DNA of 58,624 nucleotides, counting the filler, from Sphacelaria rigidula (taxonomy: Eukaryota), in the NCBI GenBank assembly GCA_964200075.2. It is 4 parts of 4 records of this genome, joined end to end, with 100 filler letters (N's around TTAATTAATTAA, not from the genome) between each part and the next. Parts side by side here need not be neighbours in the genome. Positions count along the whole stretch, not along the records: positions 1 to 14,582 come from CAXNAA020002164.1; positions 14,683 to 29,264 come from CAXNAA020002165.1; 2 more parts are not named here. One strand, given 5' to 3'. The notes under the pieces were generated by a model. The model was not told the DNA's origin, did not search any database, and saw only the letters and a program-made list of their open reading frames with translations. Numbering within the stretch: the stretch's first letter is position 1; each line of letters opens with the position of its first letter. The position numbers were made by a program, and so were the translations under genes. Positions 12,071-24,149 of this stretch are shown in pieces.

Positions 12071-14582
12071 CATTCCTGTTGCGTCTTGCGCGGCCCACCC
12101 AGCCTGTAGCAATTCGATAATTAGAGTTGAACCCTGAAACGGACAATGAATAATGAATAACAGAAAAAAACACGTGCTTGTACCCGAAGATTTTTGTTTC
12201 CTTATGAGTTGAAGGTAATCATCAGTTTTTAGGTTCAGTAAAATGCCGATCACTCATTAAAATAAAAAATGCCGGATTAGCAACCCCAGCTGTGCCGTAT
12301 AGGTTGCCGATTTGTCACTCTCGCACATTGTATAATAGTACAAAATACATGAGGCCCTCACGCCCGCGAAGTATGGTGTCTATCCGCGATATATCGACGA
12401 CGATATGTGATATTACGTGTCACGACACACATCGCGATATACTGCTCCCACTGAGGGACGATAGAAACACGATCTCGTATCATGATACAGAACCCCATCC
12501 ATCGTATACGTCCTTTGATGTACGACTACAAATGATATGCGCCATGCGTGCCATTTCCCAAGAATTGTGGGAAAGAGAGAGGGGAGCACATGAAAGCTGC
12601 GCATGCGGAAGCATACCCCGAAACAGTAGTGTCGCGCGAAAAAGAAAAGAAAAAAACGAAACAGAATATGACCGTTCATCTCTCTATCTACGCACAGCAC
12701 CAGATCCAGCGACGTGGAACTGTTGGCTGTGGTTCGCACAGCAGATGAGCGAAGTTTCAGCGCCTCGCAGCGGCTACAGCGCGCGTAGGGCCGTGCGTCA
12801 TGAATTGCGCAGCTCCACAGACTGTATGCCGATCGGTACACTACGGATAGCCATGATCCAGAAAGGGTCGCAGTACAGACCGGTGTCAGTTTGCCATCAC
12901 ATCAGCCGCCCAGCCGCTCAATATGTTCCAGTTTGTGCATCTGCGCGTGCATATATGCATCCACCTGTATTGCACGAAGTCTAGACTACTGTATAGCCGG
13001 TTTGAGGGCGCATAGATGGCATTCCCCGGAACCGCTTGCGGCCATATTGGAGGAAAGTCTGGGGCCCAATCGCGCGAATGCTTCGCGGATATGCTGTCTG
13101 GGTTGTGTCCGACTAGTGGGCAAAGTTTCATGGTAGAACGCGTAGTCGCAAGCAAGAAATCAACAAGCAAAGTTGCACTGGAAATTGGGAGTTTACCGTA
13201 GGAAAATACCCAAATAGACATGAGATGCGTCACGCAGTATTACCGTACGGGTAATGTCTGTAGACCGTACATTGCATCAGCGTATTATACTGCACTTTAT
13301 AGTGGTCATGACGGAGTCTCCAAATTTCAAAGCCATCAGCTGCGCCGCCAGGCATGGATACAACCAATCATGCCCTTCTCGTTTTCTTCGGAAGCAATCG
13401 AGATCCTTCTTTTTCGGGCGGATTGCACACTCCATACACTACACCCTAGGCGTGGTGATGCGCTGGAACGTGAAGCGTGGTCGTCACCTATCGTCGTACC
13501 ACGGGACCCGCAAGGCACCCGTCCCGCGCAACACCAAGCACACCACCGAAACCGGGACATGATCACGTTCTCAGTCTGCAACTTGTGCCGACGATCCAGC
13601 CTTGAACATAGCTTTTCAGACATGCCGCGTGTTGGGCCATAGAATAGATCCTCCCTCTGGGACACCGCGCTCGTGTGGACTACACCTACTTTGCGGTTGA
13701 TCCCAGCTGATAATTTAAACAATGACTCTTGTATGCGAAAATCGGCACTTATTTTACTTTAATTTTTGGCGCAACACTGGAAAAAGTAGGATATAAGCAC
13801 GGCCTGGAGATCCGACGACCTCCAATACATACACACACACTCTGTACGGGCGCGAGAACCCCAAACAAAGTTCGAAGCTAGTGGTTTGTCTCGTACTGCC
13901 ATTCGATCCATTACCCCCGTGACGAGATGTTATCGGTGGTGCGGCGCCACCGAGCGTACGGCTTCGAGCGATCGAATCCTAGGTGATCACTATGCTGCAG
14001 ATACGCACTCTTTGCTCTCTGATCTTGGATATCAAAATCAAATCGAGAGACGCTCGAGACCTTTCAAGCCCGGCGGGAACCACAGCTAATAGTATGCGAG
14101 TTCACCAGGTATCGCCGCTGGCGGTATGCTGATGACGACACGCATTGCTGCTGTTTCGTGCGCCTCCAGACCTCGTACAGCGCTGGAATGATCCGACCCG
14201 ATCAGCAGGTGCATTCCTCTGATCTCCATTTGTTCACGCCCTTTACTCGCGACAATCATGTTATTTTCCATGTTGCTATGAAAGGCCGTACAAAATGCTC
14301 ACATTATGAAGTACTGGTACCTTATGTCGGGGGACCCTTAAATGTCAACCAAACTGTGGGGATCGTCAACATCTCCGCACACTAAATAACGATGATTGAC
14401 AGGTTAAGCGCGAGGTGCAGGCAGACCCGTACCGAGCTCTCATGCGCTGTTATTCATACACTACATTTGACACTTTCTACAATACCCCCCCCCAGGCACT
14501 CTTTTTTTTTTGGGGGGGGGGGGGGGGCAACCCATGATTTTTCATGCCATGTTCATCAATGGTCTGGGGAGATGGGAAAGAC

Positions 14583-14682
14583 NNNNNNNNNNNNNNNNNN
14601 NNNNNNNNNNNNNNNNNNNNNNNNNNTTAATTAATTAANNNNNNNNNNNNNNNNNNNNNNNNNNNNNNNNNNNNNNNNNNNN
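14583..14682. other. Artificial 100-nt contig spacer
   Basis: N44-TTAATTAATTAA-N44 (stops in all six frames). Confidence 0.97.
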
Positions 14683-15370
14683 ATCCATCGATGGAGACGG
14701 AATGCTCGGCCAGCTTGATGTTCCACTCCCTCGTGCCTTCATCTTCCCAGGCAATGTCGCTGTAGCTGGGGAACTTACAGGGCGCGGCAGGAGGCATGGC
14801 TAGCGAACAAACTTCGTTGAGCATTTCAAGGGCCGAGATGTTCGGTTTAGCATGTCGGGGGCTATCATTGGTCAAAAACGGGATCCATGGTGCGGACGGG
14901 GTAGGGCGGAACCCTCCTGTGGCTTTGAACTCGAGAGTGCTACGGTTTGCCCTGAAAAACTCTGCCCCCAGAATGAACCCGTAAGGTAGGTCCTCTACCA
15001 CCCTGACTGTTACTTCACGAACGCGAGTATCCTTGGTGAACAAGATAGGTATCACGACTGATCCAACTATAGACATCGGGGGTACCTTGCTCCGTGAGGG
15101 GTTGGCAGCGCGAAGGGCGCCGGCATTGTTCGTGTCCAGCTTGGCATGTATTACTTCTGCTTTCATGAGGCAACGCCATGAAAACCCAGACATGTAATTG
15201 CCCCCACCTGCCCCGGTGTCCAACAGTACCTCGAGTGGCCACGACTTCCGAGCCCGGTTTCGGTGCCAGATCTCTTCCGCCACCCACAGTCGGTCATCGA
15301 GACGGCCCACGATGGCTGCCAAGTCTTCCTCCAGCAAGTTCCCCAGGTTGAGAATACCTGGGGCGTCCCC
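14683..15370 (-). CDS. pol: Ty3/Gypsy aspartic protease (start of pol), truncated by contig end
   Basis: LLDTGA catalytic motif (DTG at 15220-15212) and C-terminal FILGAEFF (ILG-x-D/E-F) motif. Confidence 0.85.
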
Positions 15371-15431
15371 TCATGTTTCGCTGTTGCTGTCGGAGGACGT
15401 CCCTTCTTCTTCGTCTTCGTGTCCACCATCG

Positions 15432-17285
15432 CTACCCTCGTTGATCAGGCCCATGTCGATCGCCGCTAGGTATTGGGATTCCGTAAGAGATGCGAGGCGC
15501 TTTCTGGGGACAGCGGCTCTTCGGCGGGCCCGGACTCCTGTAGTGAGCAGGCGAGATAATGCCGTGCGTATACGGACAGAGAGTGCCGTCACGGCGGCGG
15601 CAGGTACCTGTAAAAACGTGGCCAAAGCAGATCTTGTTCCTGCGGAGGTAATCGATGACCTCGTCTCGATCGCCAGTCGGGGAGGGGGCGGCTTGATCGT
15701 CACGGGTGCTCCCAGCCGAGGATGAACTTGAAGGCGGGGGTGGTGCAGCATGCGATGAAGACACTTCTTTCGCGGCCGCTTCCCAACCTTGATTCTGCAC
15801 TTCTCTGGCCGACCGTTGCTTCTGCTCCACAAAAGGTACACCGTGCTGTCCTGGGATGGCCCCTGGTGTGTTGTTGAATGCTGCCGCCAGGGCCGGTGTT
15901 TGCTGCTGAGCGCGCTTGCTCGACTGCGGTTGCGGTTGCGCGTACTCTACCTGTGGTAAGATTCTGGGAGCGGACACAGGGTCTGCGGCAAGACGGGGCA
16001 TCAATCTTTCATTTCCACCACGGAGCGCAGCGAATTGCGCGGGGGACATTTGTTGAATATCCTCTAGAGAGAAAAGGCGATCTGGCCCTACCGTGCGACT
16101 TGTTTTTTTCTGGACGGGCTTCCTGTAATGTGACGAGGGGCGCGCAGTGAGAACTTTGATAAACTCTTCGTACAACCCTTTTGCCACTTCACCACGGCGG
16201 CGCATAGGTCCCCCCAGAGGGTTTTGCAGCTCCTCTGCCATGTCGGCGAGTTTGGTGTCTGCTACGCTCATTTTCTCGTGGAGCATTGATTGCATGCCCT
16301 CCCTGCGCGCTTCATCGGGCAAGACGGCTCGGACGATGCATTCATATAGTTCGTTCAGTTGCTTTTTCGTGATGGAAGTCCAGAAAAAGTCAGTTTCAGT
16401 GGCGTGCGGACGACTTGCGCAAGCTAGGGTGGCTTTATAAGCCAACAAAACTCGCTCAGCCACATGCTCCCAAGATTCACCGTTGTTCAGGGTAATCTCC
16501 TTCAACGCCTCTCGTGCATTTTCGGCGGAGTTACTGTTAAGAGCTTGTTCACGCACCAACAGACGCAACCAGTCGGTAACCGTTACCTGCTCATGGCGGA
16601 CAATTTCTGATCCTCCCGAGATTCGGTACACCCGAACGTCAGTGCCCGATAGCAAGGCTGTGGCAGTAGTGCTACCCTTTGCAAGCAAGTCTAAGAGTAA
16701 GTCACGGCGGCGGGGCGAGTACTTGTCGACTTCAGTGCCCCGCCTTCCTCCCCCCAGCGGTACATTTTCGGGGAGCTTCAGCGTGGCACGTTCCACGTGA
16801 CGCAACGTGCTCCAAATATTTTCTTGAAGAAGTACTGCACTGTTCGCTGTGGTTAGCTTACCTGGGAAAGTGCCCGTGTACACTGGCATCCTTGAGGTGT
16901 TCGCTATGCGATTCGGCACCCGTTTGTTCACATTAGCCAGTTGATCGGCTTCGGCCCCTTCCACCCCTTCCTCCCTGTTGATGCTTCCCTCCGTCTCGAG
17001 TCTGTCCCTGGATGACCGATTGTCACGCTTCGTTCTGGGGCGGCTCGTGGAGCGATAAATCACGCGGGACAAGCTGCGGCGAGATAAGGTAGAACGAGAG
17101 CGCGAGGGGCGGAGGGAGTCTCGTGAATCGGAACGGCTACGACCACGGCGGTGAAAGCGAGAGCGGGAGCGAGAGTCCCGGGAATCGGAACGACTGCCGC
17201 GTGCTGAGGAGAACCTGGAGTCTGAGCGGCGTCTATCGTTCCTCCTTGCCCGTCCCTCACCACCTTCAGCGCCTCTGGCAGACAT
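15432..17285 (-). CDS. gag: Gag-like ORF (617 aa) with N-terminal RS domain and C-terminal CCCH finger
   Basis: Lies between a PBS/LTR end and the protease. Arg/Ser dipeptide-rich N-terminus. C-x8-C-x7-C-x3-H at 15629-15564. Confidence 0.75.
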   Translation of the reverse strand: MSARGAEGGEGRARRNDRRRSDSRFSSARGSRSDSRDSRSRSRFHRRGRSRSDSRDSLRPSRSRSTLSRRSLSRVIYRSTSRPRTKRDNRSSRDRLETEGSINREEGVEGAEADQLANVNKRVPNRIANTSRMPVYTGTFPGKLTTANSAVLLQENIWSTLRHVERATLKLPENVPLGGGRRGTEVDKYSPRRRDLLLDLLAKGSTTATALLSGTDVRVYRISGGSEIVRHEQVTVTDWLRLLVREQALNSNSAENAREALKEITLNNGESWEHVAERVLLAYKATLACASRPHATETDFFWTSITKKQLNELYECIVRAVLPDEARREGMQSMLHEKMSVADTKLADMAEELQNPLGGPMRRRGEVAKGLYEEFIKVLTARPSSHYRKPVQKKTSRTVGPDRLFSLEDIQQMSPAQFAALRGGNERLMPRLAADPVSAPRILPQVEYAQPQPQSSKRAQQQTPALAAAFNNTPGAIPGQHGVPFVEQKQRSAREVQNQGWEAAAKEVSSSHAAPPPPSSSSSAGSTRDDQAAPSPTGDRDEVIDYLRRNKICFGHVFTGTCRRRDGTLCPYTHGIISPAHYRSPGPPKSRCPQKAPRISYGIPIPSGDRHGPDQRG

Positions 17286-17301
17286 CTCTCCCTTTTTTTA
17301 C

Positions 17302-17530
17302 ATATCAACTAGTACACCATGAAACAAGACAGCATGCACCGGTGGGGCGCGTGTGTTTCGTCGATTCCCATGGTCACAATGAGATGTGATCCAAGAAAAC
17401 AGGGATGCGCAGCGACACAGTTTTTGTTTGCCCAATATCAGTATGAGGCAAGGAAACGGAAACCGATAACATCGGCCGAGAGAAGGAAAAGGACGCCGAC
17501 AGGACAGAAGGGGGAAGAACGGAGGCATCA
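17302..17530 (-). mobile_element. PBS and 5' LTR (upstream boundary uncertain) of the Gypsy element
   Basis: Minus strand ...GTTTCA|TGGTGTACTAGTTG: CA LTR end immediately followed by TGG, about 35 nt upstream of the gag ATG. Confidence 0.55.
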
Positions 17531-17628
17531 CGTGGATTAGTAAATGTTTTCAATGACAGTTAGCGTGGTCAGCGTTGAAGGACTGATCATCTTTTGCAAG
17601 GACTCAATATTTCATGATGCTTTTCCAT

Positions 17629-17893
17629 TTTTGAAAATGATCAGTCGAGAAGGATCGGTCCTCAAAGGTTGGTCATCAAAGGATTGACGTCAATCAAAGC
17701 AACCGCAGTGATGAACAGTACGGGCAGCAACGGGTTCAAAACGAATGTCTAAATTCCCGGGTTTTGAAAATGATCAGTCGAGAAGGGTCGGTCCTCAAAG
17801 GTTGGTCATCAAAGGATTGTCGGCAATCAAAGCAACCGCAGTGATGAACAGTACGGGCAGTAGCGGGTTCAAAACGAATTTCTAAATTCCCGG
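17629..17893. repeat. Tandem duplication, 133-bp period x2
   Basis: 17629-17760 and 17762-17893 are near-identical (TTTTGAAAATGATCAGTCGAG...AAATTCCCGG). Confidence 0.92.
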
Positions 17894-18279
17894 CCAACCC
17901 GTACACACAATTAGTAACATGTGTGATCCCGACCAAAAGGGATGATGGTGACGCGATGCAGGGAAAGCTACTATAGTGTGCGGGTAGGTCACAACGGCGA
18001 ACAACGTCTCATCACCACGAAGAGGTGCATTTCAGGGGAACAGATGCGTGGGGACCTCGGTGTAACAATTCAGGCATATATGGTGATGACAATCGTTTAT
18101 CGGTAAAAGCTCATTCGGTCCAAGTGGGGCACAGTACCAGCAGCAGAGTGGGAAACTACGCGTGACTTTACATGCCGGTGTAAGAGGCATTACGCGCACA
18201 TGAGGGCTAAACAGGCAGTGCGATAGCCAGCAGGGTACAACTACCCATGGGCGGTAAAGTCAAAACTCGCAACGCCTCA

Positions 18280-18670
18280 GGCGGGACAGTAACCGCAGAG
18301 CAGCAAAACAAAATCGGGACAGTAGCCGCCGAGCAGCAGAACAAAATTGCATTCTTCTTTAGGCGGGATAGTAACCACACAGCAGGGTAACTGATAGCAC
18401 AGCGGAAACAGCCGCAGCAACTGCAACATGAAAGTTTATAGTAGCCACAAAAGCGACAGCAACACAGCAAGGCAGCAGCGACCGCAGCGGCCGTAACAAC
18501 AGCAGACGATAACAGGCAGAAGCAACGCCACCACCACCACCACCAACAACAACGACGGCCGATAACAAGAGCGACAGACGGTAGCAGCAGCACAATAACA
18601 AAAACAAAGGACAACAACGAACCGCAGCAACCAAACAACGGACAGCCACAACAACGGATAACAACAACGC
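18280..18670. repeat. Low-complexity CAG/CAA/CAC-rich tract
   Basis: Mixed trinucleotide runs that generate the poly-W/V/C ORFs in the track. Confidence 0.8.
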
Positions 18671-18689
18671 GGCTGTACAGCTTCCGGAG

Positions 18690-21600
18690 CTGTCTGAAAC
18701 TTGATGTCCCATAACACCCCGACGTAGTTGCAGGCCCTCTGGTTCGTTGACTCGTGCAATCTTGTTCGACCTGTATGCCTTTTGTCTATTGTTTTTTGCT
18801 AGGTTATTTCACTTTTGCTTTTGACGTCTGCAGTGGCGTGCTGATGAACCTGATGAACCATCCTTGATGAACTCGTGCATAAAGCCGTTGGTGGCGCTCT
18901 GCTTGGGTTGTATGTAACGCAGTGCAATGCGGCGGGCAAAACGCAATACCACGAACAGACAGGACGACAAAGCCTACCTAGTCCATGCTTACTCTTTACT
19001 TTTCCGCGTAATTGTAGTACAAGCATATCCTGGTGCAGTTGTTTTTGCTATTAAAAACAATGCATGCACGCAATTGTGGAGCAGCGCGGTTGTGTTGTTT
19101 CGTACTCGTGGAAAGGAGGGCGTCTGTTGCTGTGTGGATTTTCTCCCATTTGTGCAAGGCACACTACTTACCATATATGAGTCTAGTGACGCAACAAAAT
19201 GAAATCTCAAGCCTCCCTACAACTTTTTTTTACGGGGGCGCATGCTACGCCTTTGGGGGTCATGCCGGAGTTGACTCTACACAAGCACGGATGAACACCA
19301 TGTCATGGTTCGATACTCTAGCTGGGAATGGTGCCAGTTCAGTGGGCACCAGGCTAGCGGGCTCAAACACAATCATTAGTATCGAAGACATTGAGCTCGA
19401 TTTACCAAGTGTATATTCCGCCACCGCACCAGTGGTCAGGTGGAATGTCATGAGCCGCGCAGGCTGCAAGACAACATGTGTTGCTTGAAGGTCAGGCTTA
19501 CATCTGTGAAGACCAAAGACTCTTCTGAGATAGCAGTCCGTGATAGTGTTGACGCTTCTTGTGTTATTGGCAACCGGCTGGTAGCTGCTAATCGCGCGTT
19601 GAGATAAGTTCCCAAAAGACTGTGCCCGAGTAGGGGGCACTGTCGAAATCAATCAGACTCAGAATGGCCCATGACCTGTCGGGCTAGACAACGCAAGAGT
19701 ATAACACATGGAATCTACTCGACTGGACCATAACCGATAAATCCGGAACATAAAACATAGGCGGGAAGTACATCGTCTCGAACTGTCGAAAACGGGCCAT
19801 GCGGTCGCGAACGAAAAAAGTAATCAGGCGGGGCCAGTGCTTCACGTAAATAGGCTATACCGGATTCTCACCTCGCCGTATTGGAATAGCAGTGCCACCT
19901 CTCCTGGACAGTCGACTCCTTGGGTCTGACGTTGGGCCACATCGTGGACCAATTGCTCAACAGAAAAGCCGGGCAAGCGGGGGAGAGTGGGCGCTCCACT
20001 CCGGTCCCTCGCACCAGCAGCTGTAGCCACCACTTTGCGGAGGAGCTGAGCTTGTTCATATACATTGCGCCCCCCGATTACCCCGAATACCCTCTCGCCC
20101 CCACCACTACTACCCGTTGAGTCATCACCAGTTTCCTGCGAAACGTTGAGGCTCGCCACCCTGACCATGCACTCCATCAGTACAGTTCGTTTTCATGCAA
20201 CTGTTTCCAGCTGTCGACGACGGTGTCGCGAACTCCCGTGGCCTACCCACCTGGGGACTTTTTGGCAGCAACGTCGAGGAGATTTCCGAAGTCCAAGCCG
20301 TGCTGGAGTGGGACCGATGGGCTCGAAAGACGAAAGAGATCGTACACATCAGCCACGGCGTTTCCCTTTACGTCGGCTGGTCGAATCGCAGGTTCGGAAG
20401 GCGCTATGGAGTTGGTGTGGACGCCCATGTCGGCAAGAGCGGGAATCGAAACTTTGCGCAGTTTAGGTCGAGTCATCCGCACGCCTTCCGACCCAGTGGT
20501 TGCGCCCCCAGTATCCGTGTTACAGTCTTGAGGTTGTGCGTCGACTCGGGGAGGGCCCCGCCGTTGTCGAGGAAATACGGACAGCTCTTTAGCATTTTCG
20601 GTTGTACCATACATGGTGTGTCGGTGATGAGTACAATGGGCGGCACCTAACATTGAAAAGAAGGAACAACAATAATAGTCATGATGGCGCATACCACAAG
20701 TTAGGTCACGTTGATAATATTAGTGGCAGGCCGTAGATGTGTGGGAGTCGCAGGCGTTACCTGAACCCCTGCCTTGTATGCCTGATCGTGAAGCGGTATT
20801 TACCCATTTTTAGCGATTGCACGAGATGCAACGAAATGCGACTCACCAGAAAGTGCATCAACATTTCCACGACATCGCTCGCGCCCTCTGCCCTCCAAAG
20901 AAACAGGTGTGTGATCTGGCTCCCGTTTGACGTGTAAAACCGCTCCACACCCGACGTGGCAGCAGATCCACGCCCCAAGAAAAATTTCGAACACTCCGCG
21001 CTGCCTCCGGTACGTGAAATGAGATGTGCCCGGAGTTGCTTGAACAGTTCCACGAGCATTACCTTGGTTGTGTACCTGTAAACAAGTACGACAGGGCCGT
21101 GACTTTTGCTTAGCGACAATGACGGGTACAATTGGAAACATCGAAACACCGCCAACAAACACGACAGTCGGTCCAAGATAGGCGTGTTGGAGCCTTTACT
21201 CGCGAAGGAGTATTCAAGTCAGCATGAGCTGAGTTTTTATGCCAACAATTGAGGAAACGCCCGCCACCTCCCCCCTCAAGAAATAGACATCACAGCATCG
21301 ACTGGCGAGTAAAACCACCAAAACAACACTTGTATCCATGCGGCGCAAAACTATCCAGGCGATCCCGAATCCATATTTGAAGTGCAACGTTCAACACGGT
21401 TCTTCCGGCGTTGTCGGGGGAATCATCCAAATAACTCGCCATGTCCATTCATGAAATGGGCGAGGCAAATGACTGCTCACGGTGAGTCGTAGATATCTCA
21501 GTCAAAGCATAAACTCACGATTTCAATCCAGTCTTGCTCCTGAAGCATCGCATGTACAGATCGTCCAGGTCGTCCTTGGTCATGTCGTCGAGGACCTGAA

Positions 21601-23700
21601 TTCCATTCCCGGACTCAAGCGAATAGTTCACGAGGACCTGTCCGTCGCCGCTCCCTACCGAGCCAGCCTGCGGGGTAGCCCCTCGAGCACCCAAGCGAAA
21701 TATATTCGACTTCCGGTTGTAAGGGCTTAAGTTGACTGGCGTTTTTTGTGACGAACTGATACCGACGACCGAATACCATACCACTCATTATACTCAACTT
21801 CAGCTACTGCGCACCGAGATCCATGTCGATAACCATCTCTTGTCGCGCCTGCAGCAGCAGGTCTACCGAGATATTGTCCGTCGCCAACTTGTTGCACCCG
21901 TCGCAGGTTTGCAGGCGGGGATAATAGCCATCCGTGAAACTGAAATAACCGCAAGGGTGATCAGTCATGGCCTCGAAGGCAAAATAGCAGTCCCTCAACT
22001 GTTGCGAAAGGCCGCCGCTGCTGATTCTGCCCGTCGGCAGGCGGAAACGAAAAATAGGCGTGCAAGAAGAAATCATAAGAGTGGATGGCATGATGCAGGA
22101 AGCGAGCAGCGAGCAGCGCAAAAGCATGGCACCCCCTCCCCCGACAACGCCAGTGGTCGCAGTTATCTGACACCCGCGGCTTCCTGCATTATAATCCAGA
22201 ACGATTGTACGGCTGGATTAACGTTCATGACATACTCATACACTGCAACTGCTGTGAATTGATACCTCCACGCGAGCGCTTCGTGTTCGTCGACCCAGTC
22301 GCCGTCGTTCGTGCACTCCAGCTTGAACTTCTCAAAGATCAACGAGAAGGGCGTGCCCAACCTGCACCGGTTCCTCGCGCGCACCAGGAGACGAATGTCC
22401 AGCAGCAGCTTGTTATTATAGTTCAGCATGCCCGTCGTTCTCCAGTCATCGCTCGCCCATGGTCGTGCCCAGCAACTTGTGCACTGCTTCATCTCAACGT
22501 TGACGCGGCGGATTTCAGTCCCGATCCTCTCCTGTGCAGGGCGGATGAAGCGAGAGGACACGAGACGGCAAGCCAAACGTGAACATCACGAAGCATACAA
22601 AAACACACATAGTGACTCCCATCACCGATAATCCAGTCGAATATTGCACTATGCTACTATTGAACACCCCGGCGACGGGGATGTAAAGACCGTGCATGAT
22701 GCCGCACCTGTTCAATCGCTAGTGCGATCTCGTCGGCCAGCGGCTGGTAATTCAGCCGGCATTGGGTGCATATTTTCTCGAAGACTGTGATTCGATCAAG
22801 GAGCAAAGCTCCACCACGCGGAAGGTGCGGAAGCGGATCCGTCGGGAACACGTACGCCGCGGCAATCTTCATGAGCTGGGATATTTTCCTCTCGAACCGC
22901 TGAGGATCATTCTCAAATGCCTTACGAGCGGAGTCGAAGCTGGTGTCGTCTCCGCGCTCGAAATCCGTGCTCGGTACACTCGATTCCTCTTCATCGCTCG
23001 TGGTGCTTCCGTATCCGAGTCGTGCTACGATAGGGTTGCACTTTTTCGGCTAAAATGTTCACCTAGTAGCCAAAATCGAGGTTGCAGGCGAGGAGGGTGA
23101 GCTCGTTTGGAGAGGTCTGCTTGCAAGGCGATGGGCTCCCGGTAGGCACGACTAGTGTTTCGTTGGCATTTCTGGGGCACTTCACCCTCGGTGAAGGTCA
23201 TGATGACCGTTTTCGTGGGATTTTACGTGTATTAATCAAGCGATGATCCTACTCCACGCACCATAAACTCCTTGACTCACATCCTACCCCACACACCGAA
23301 CTTCGAACCGGCATCAGCACCGCGGAGACTCGCCGACGTCGACAACCTGGTTTTGACCTTGTATTCCTCCACGTATCCTTCGTCTACTATCCACTCGACC
23401 TCCGCAGCGAGAAGAAGGTTGAACTCCCCCCCTCCAATGCAGTTTGTATCTGTGACGTCTCGACTTGCGGTCTGTTTGAACCGAGGTGACACTGGCTCTG
23501 AACGTTTTCTTGACCCTCCATAGTTTCGCACCCTAGGACAAACACGGCCCCGTGAACTTTTTTTCGACTTCTGTTCCGATATTGGAAAGCTTGGGTCGTA
23601 CTGGGCACCGGCGGATATCCTCCTTGGGAAGCGGTTCTGCTTCAAAGTCGCTGAAAGCTCTTCGGCTGATGTTCTCCACCTCCACTGCACCCGTTTGAAA
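18690..23700 (-). pseudogene. Decayed intron-containing Zisupton/KDZ-family transposase (HMGXB3-related)
   Basis: Ordered motifs: KICTQC..KQCTSC..GMLNYNNKLLLDIRLL (CxC4-like), CYFAFEAMTDH..YYPRLQTCDGCNK, LDDMTKDDL (SAP-like), WRAEGASDVVEML, PPIVLITDTPC, VSIPAL, FIKD..HQH, LHESTN. GT-AG introns join them in frame (22266/22026, 21519/21075, 20847/~20647). Stops and frameshifts present. Confidence 0.75.
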
Positions 23701-24149
23701 CTGAGCGAGGATGCACAAATACAGAAGAAAAAGCGTCCGTGTTTGCTGACTAAGCAGAAGTAGAATAATCTTCCCTCCTTCCAACTTCACGCTCCCTCCC
23801 TGTTGTTCTGAAAGGGGATGAGCAAGCGTGTATTCCTATGTCGATACTCCTACACCAATACTGTACATGACATTAGCTGCACATCTGGACTCGCTGGGGA
23901 CCTCCTACATGTATGATGGGCAGGAAATCGACGATTAGGACGAGATGTACATATGAAAACATTCACAAGAGCGAGATGTCATCCCCTGTCCATTGCGGGA
24001 GGTGTTAGCGTCCCGCAGTCATGGATGGGGTAGAGAATACGTTTTTCCGAGTCTAGTATGAACAACGATGAAATCATCTATTTTGTCGAGCAATTGCCAT
24101 GGTTAGGCATAAACGCCTATGCGACGCCTGTGTGGCACATGTTGTCTCA

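Noticed and set aside
12292..12984. 230-aa ORF
   Set aside because: Non-ATG start, no recognisable motif, composition resembles random or TE sequence.
14627..14638. TTAATTAATTAA as a biological motif or piggyBac site
   Set aside because: Identical linker centred in each 100-nt N spacer, so an assembly artefact.
18207..18759. Cys/Trp/Val-rich ORFs
   Set aside because: Mostly low-complexity trinucleotide sequence.
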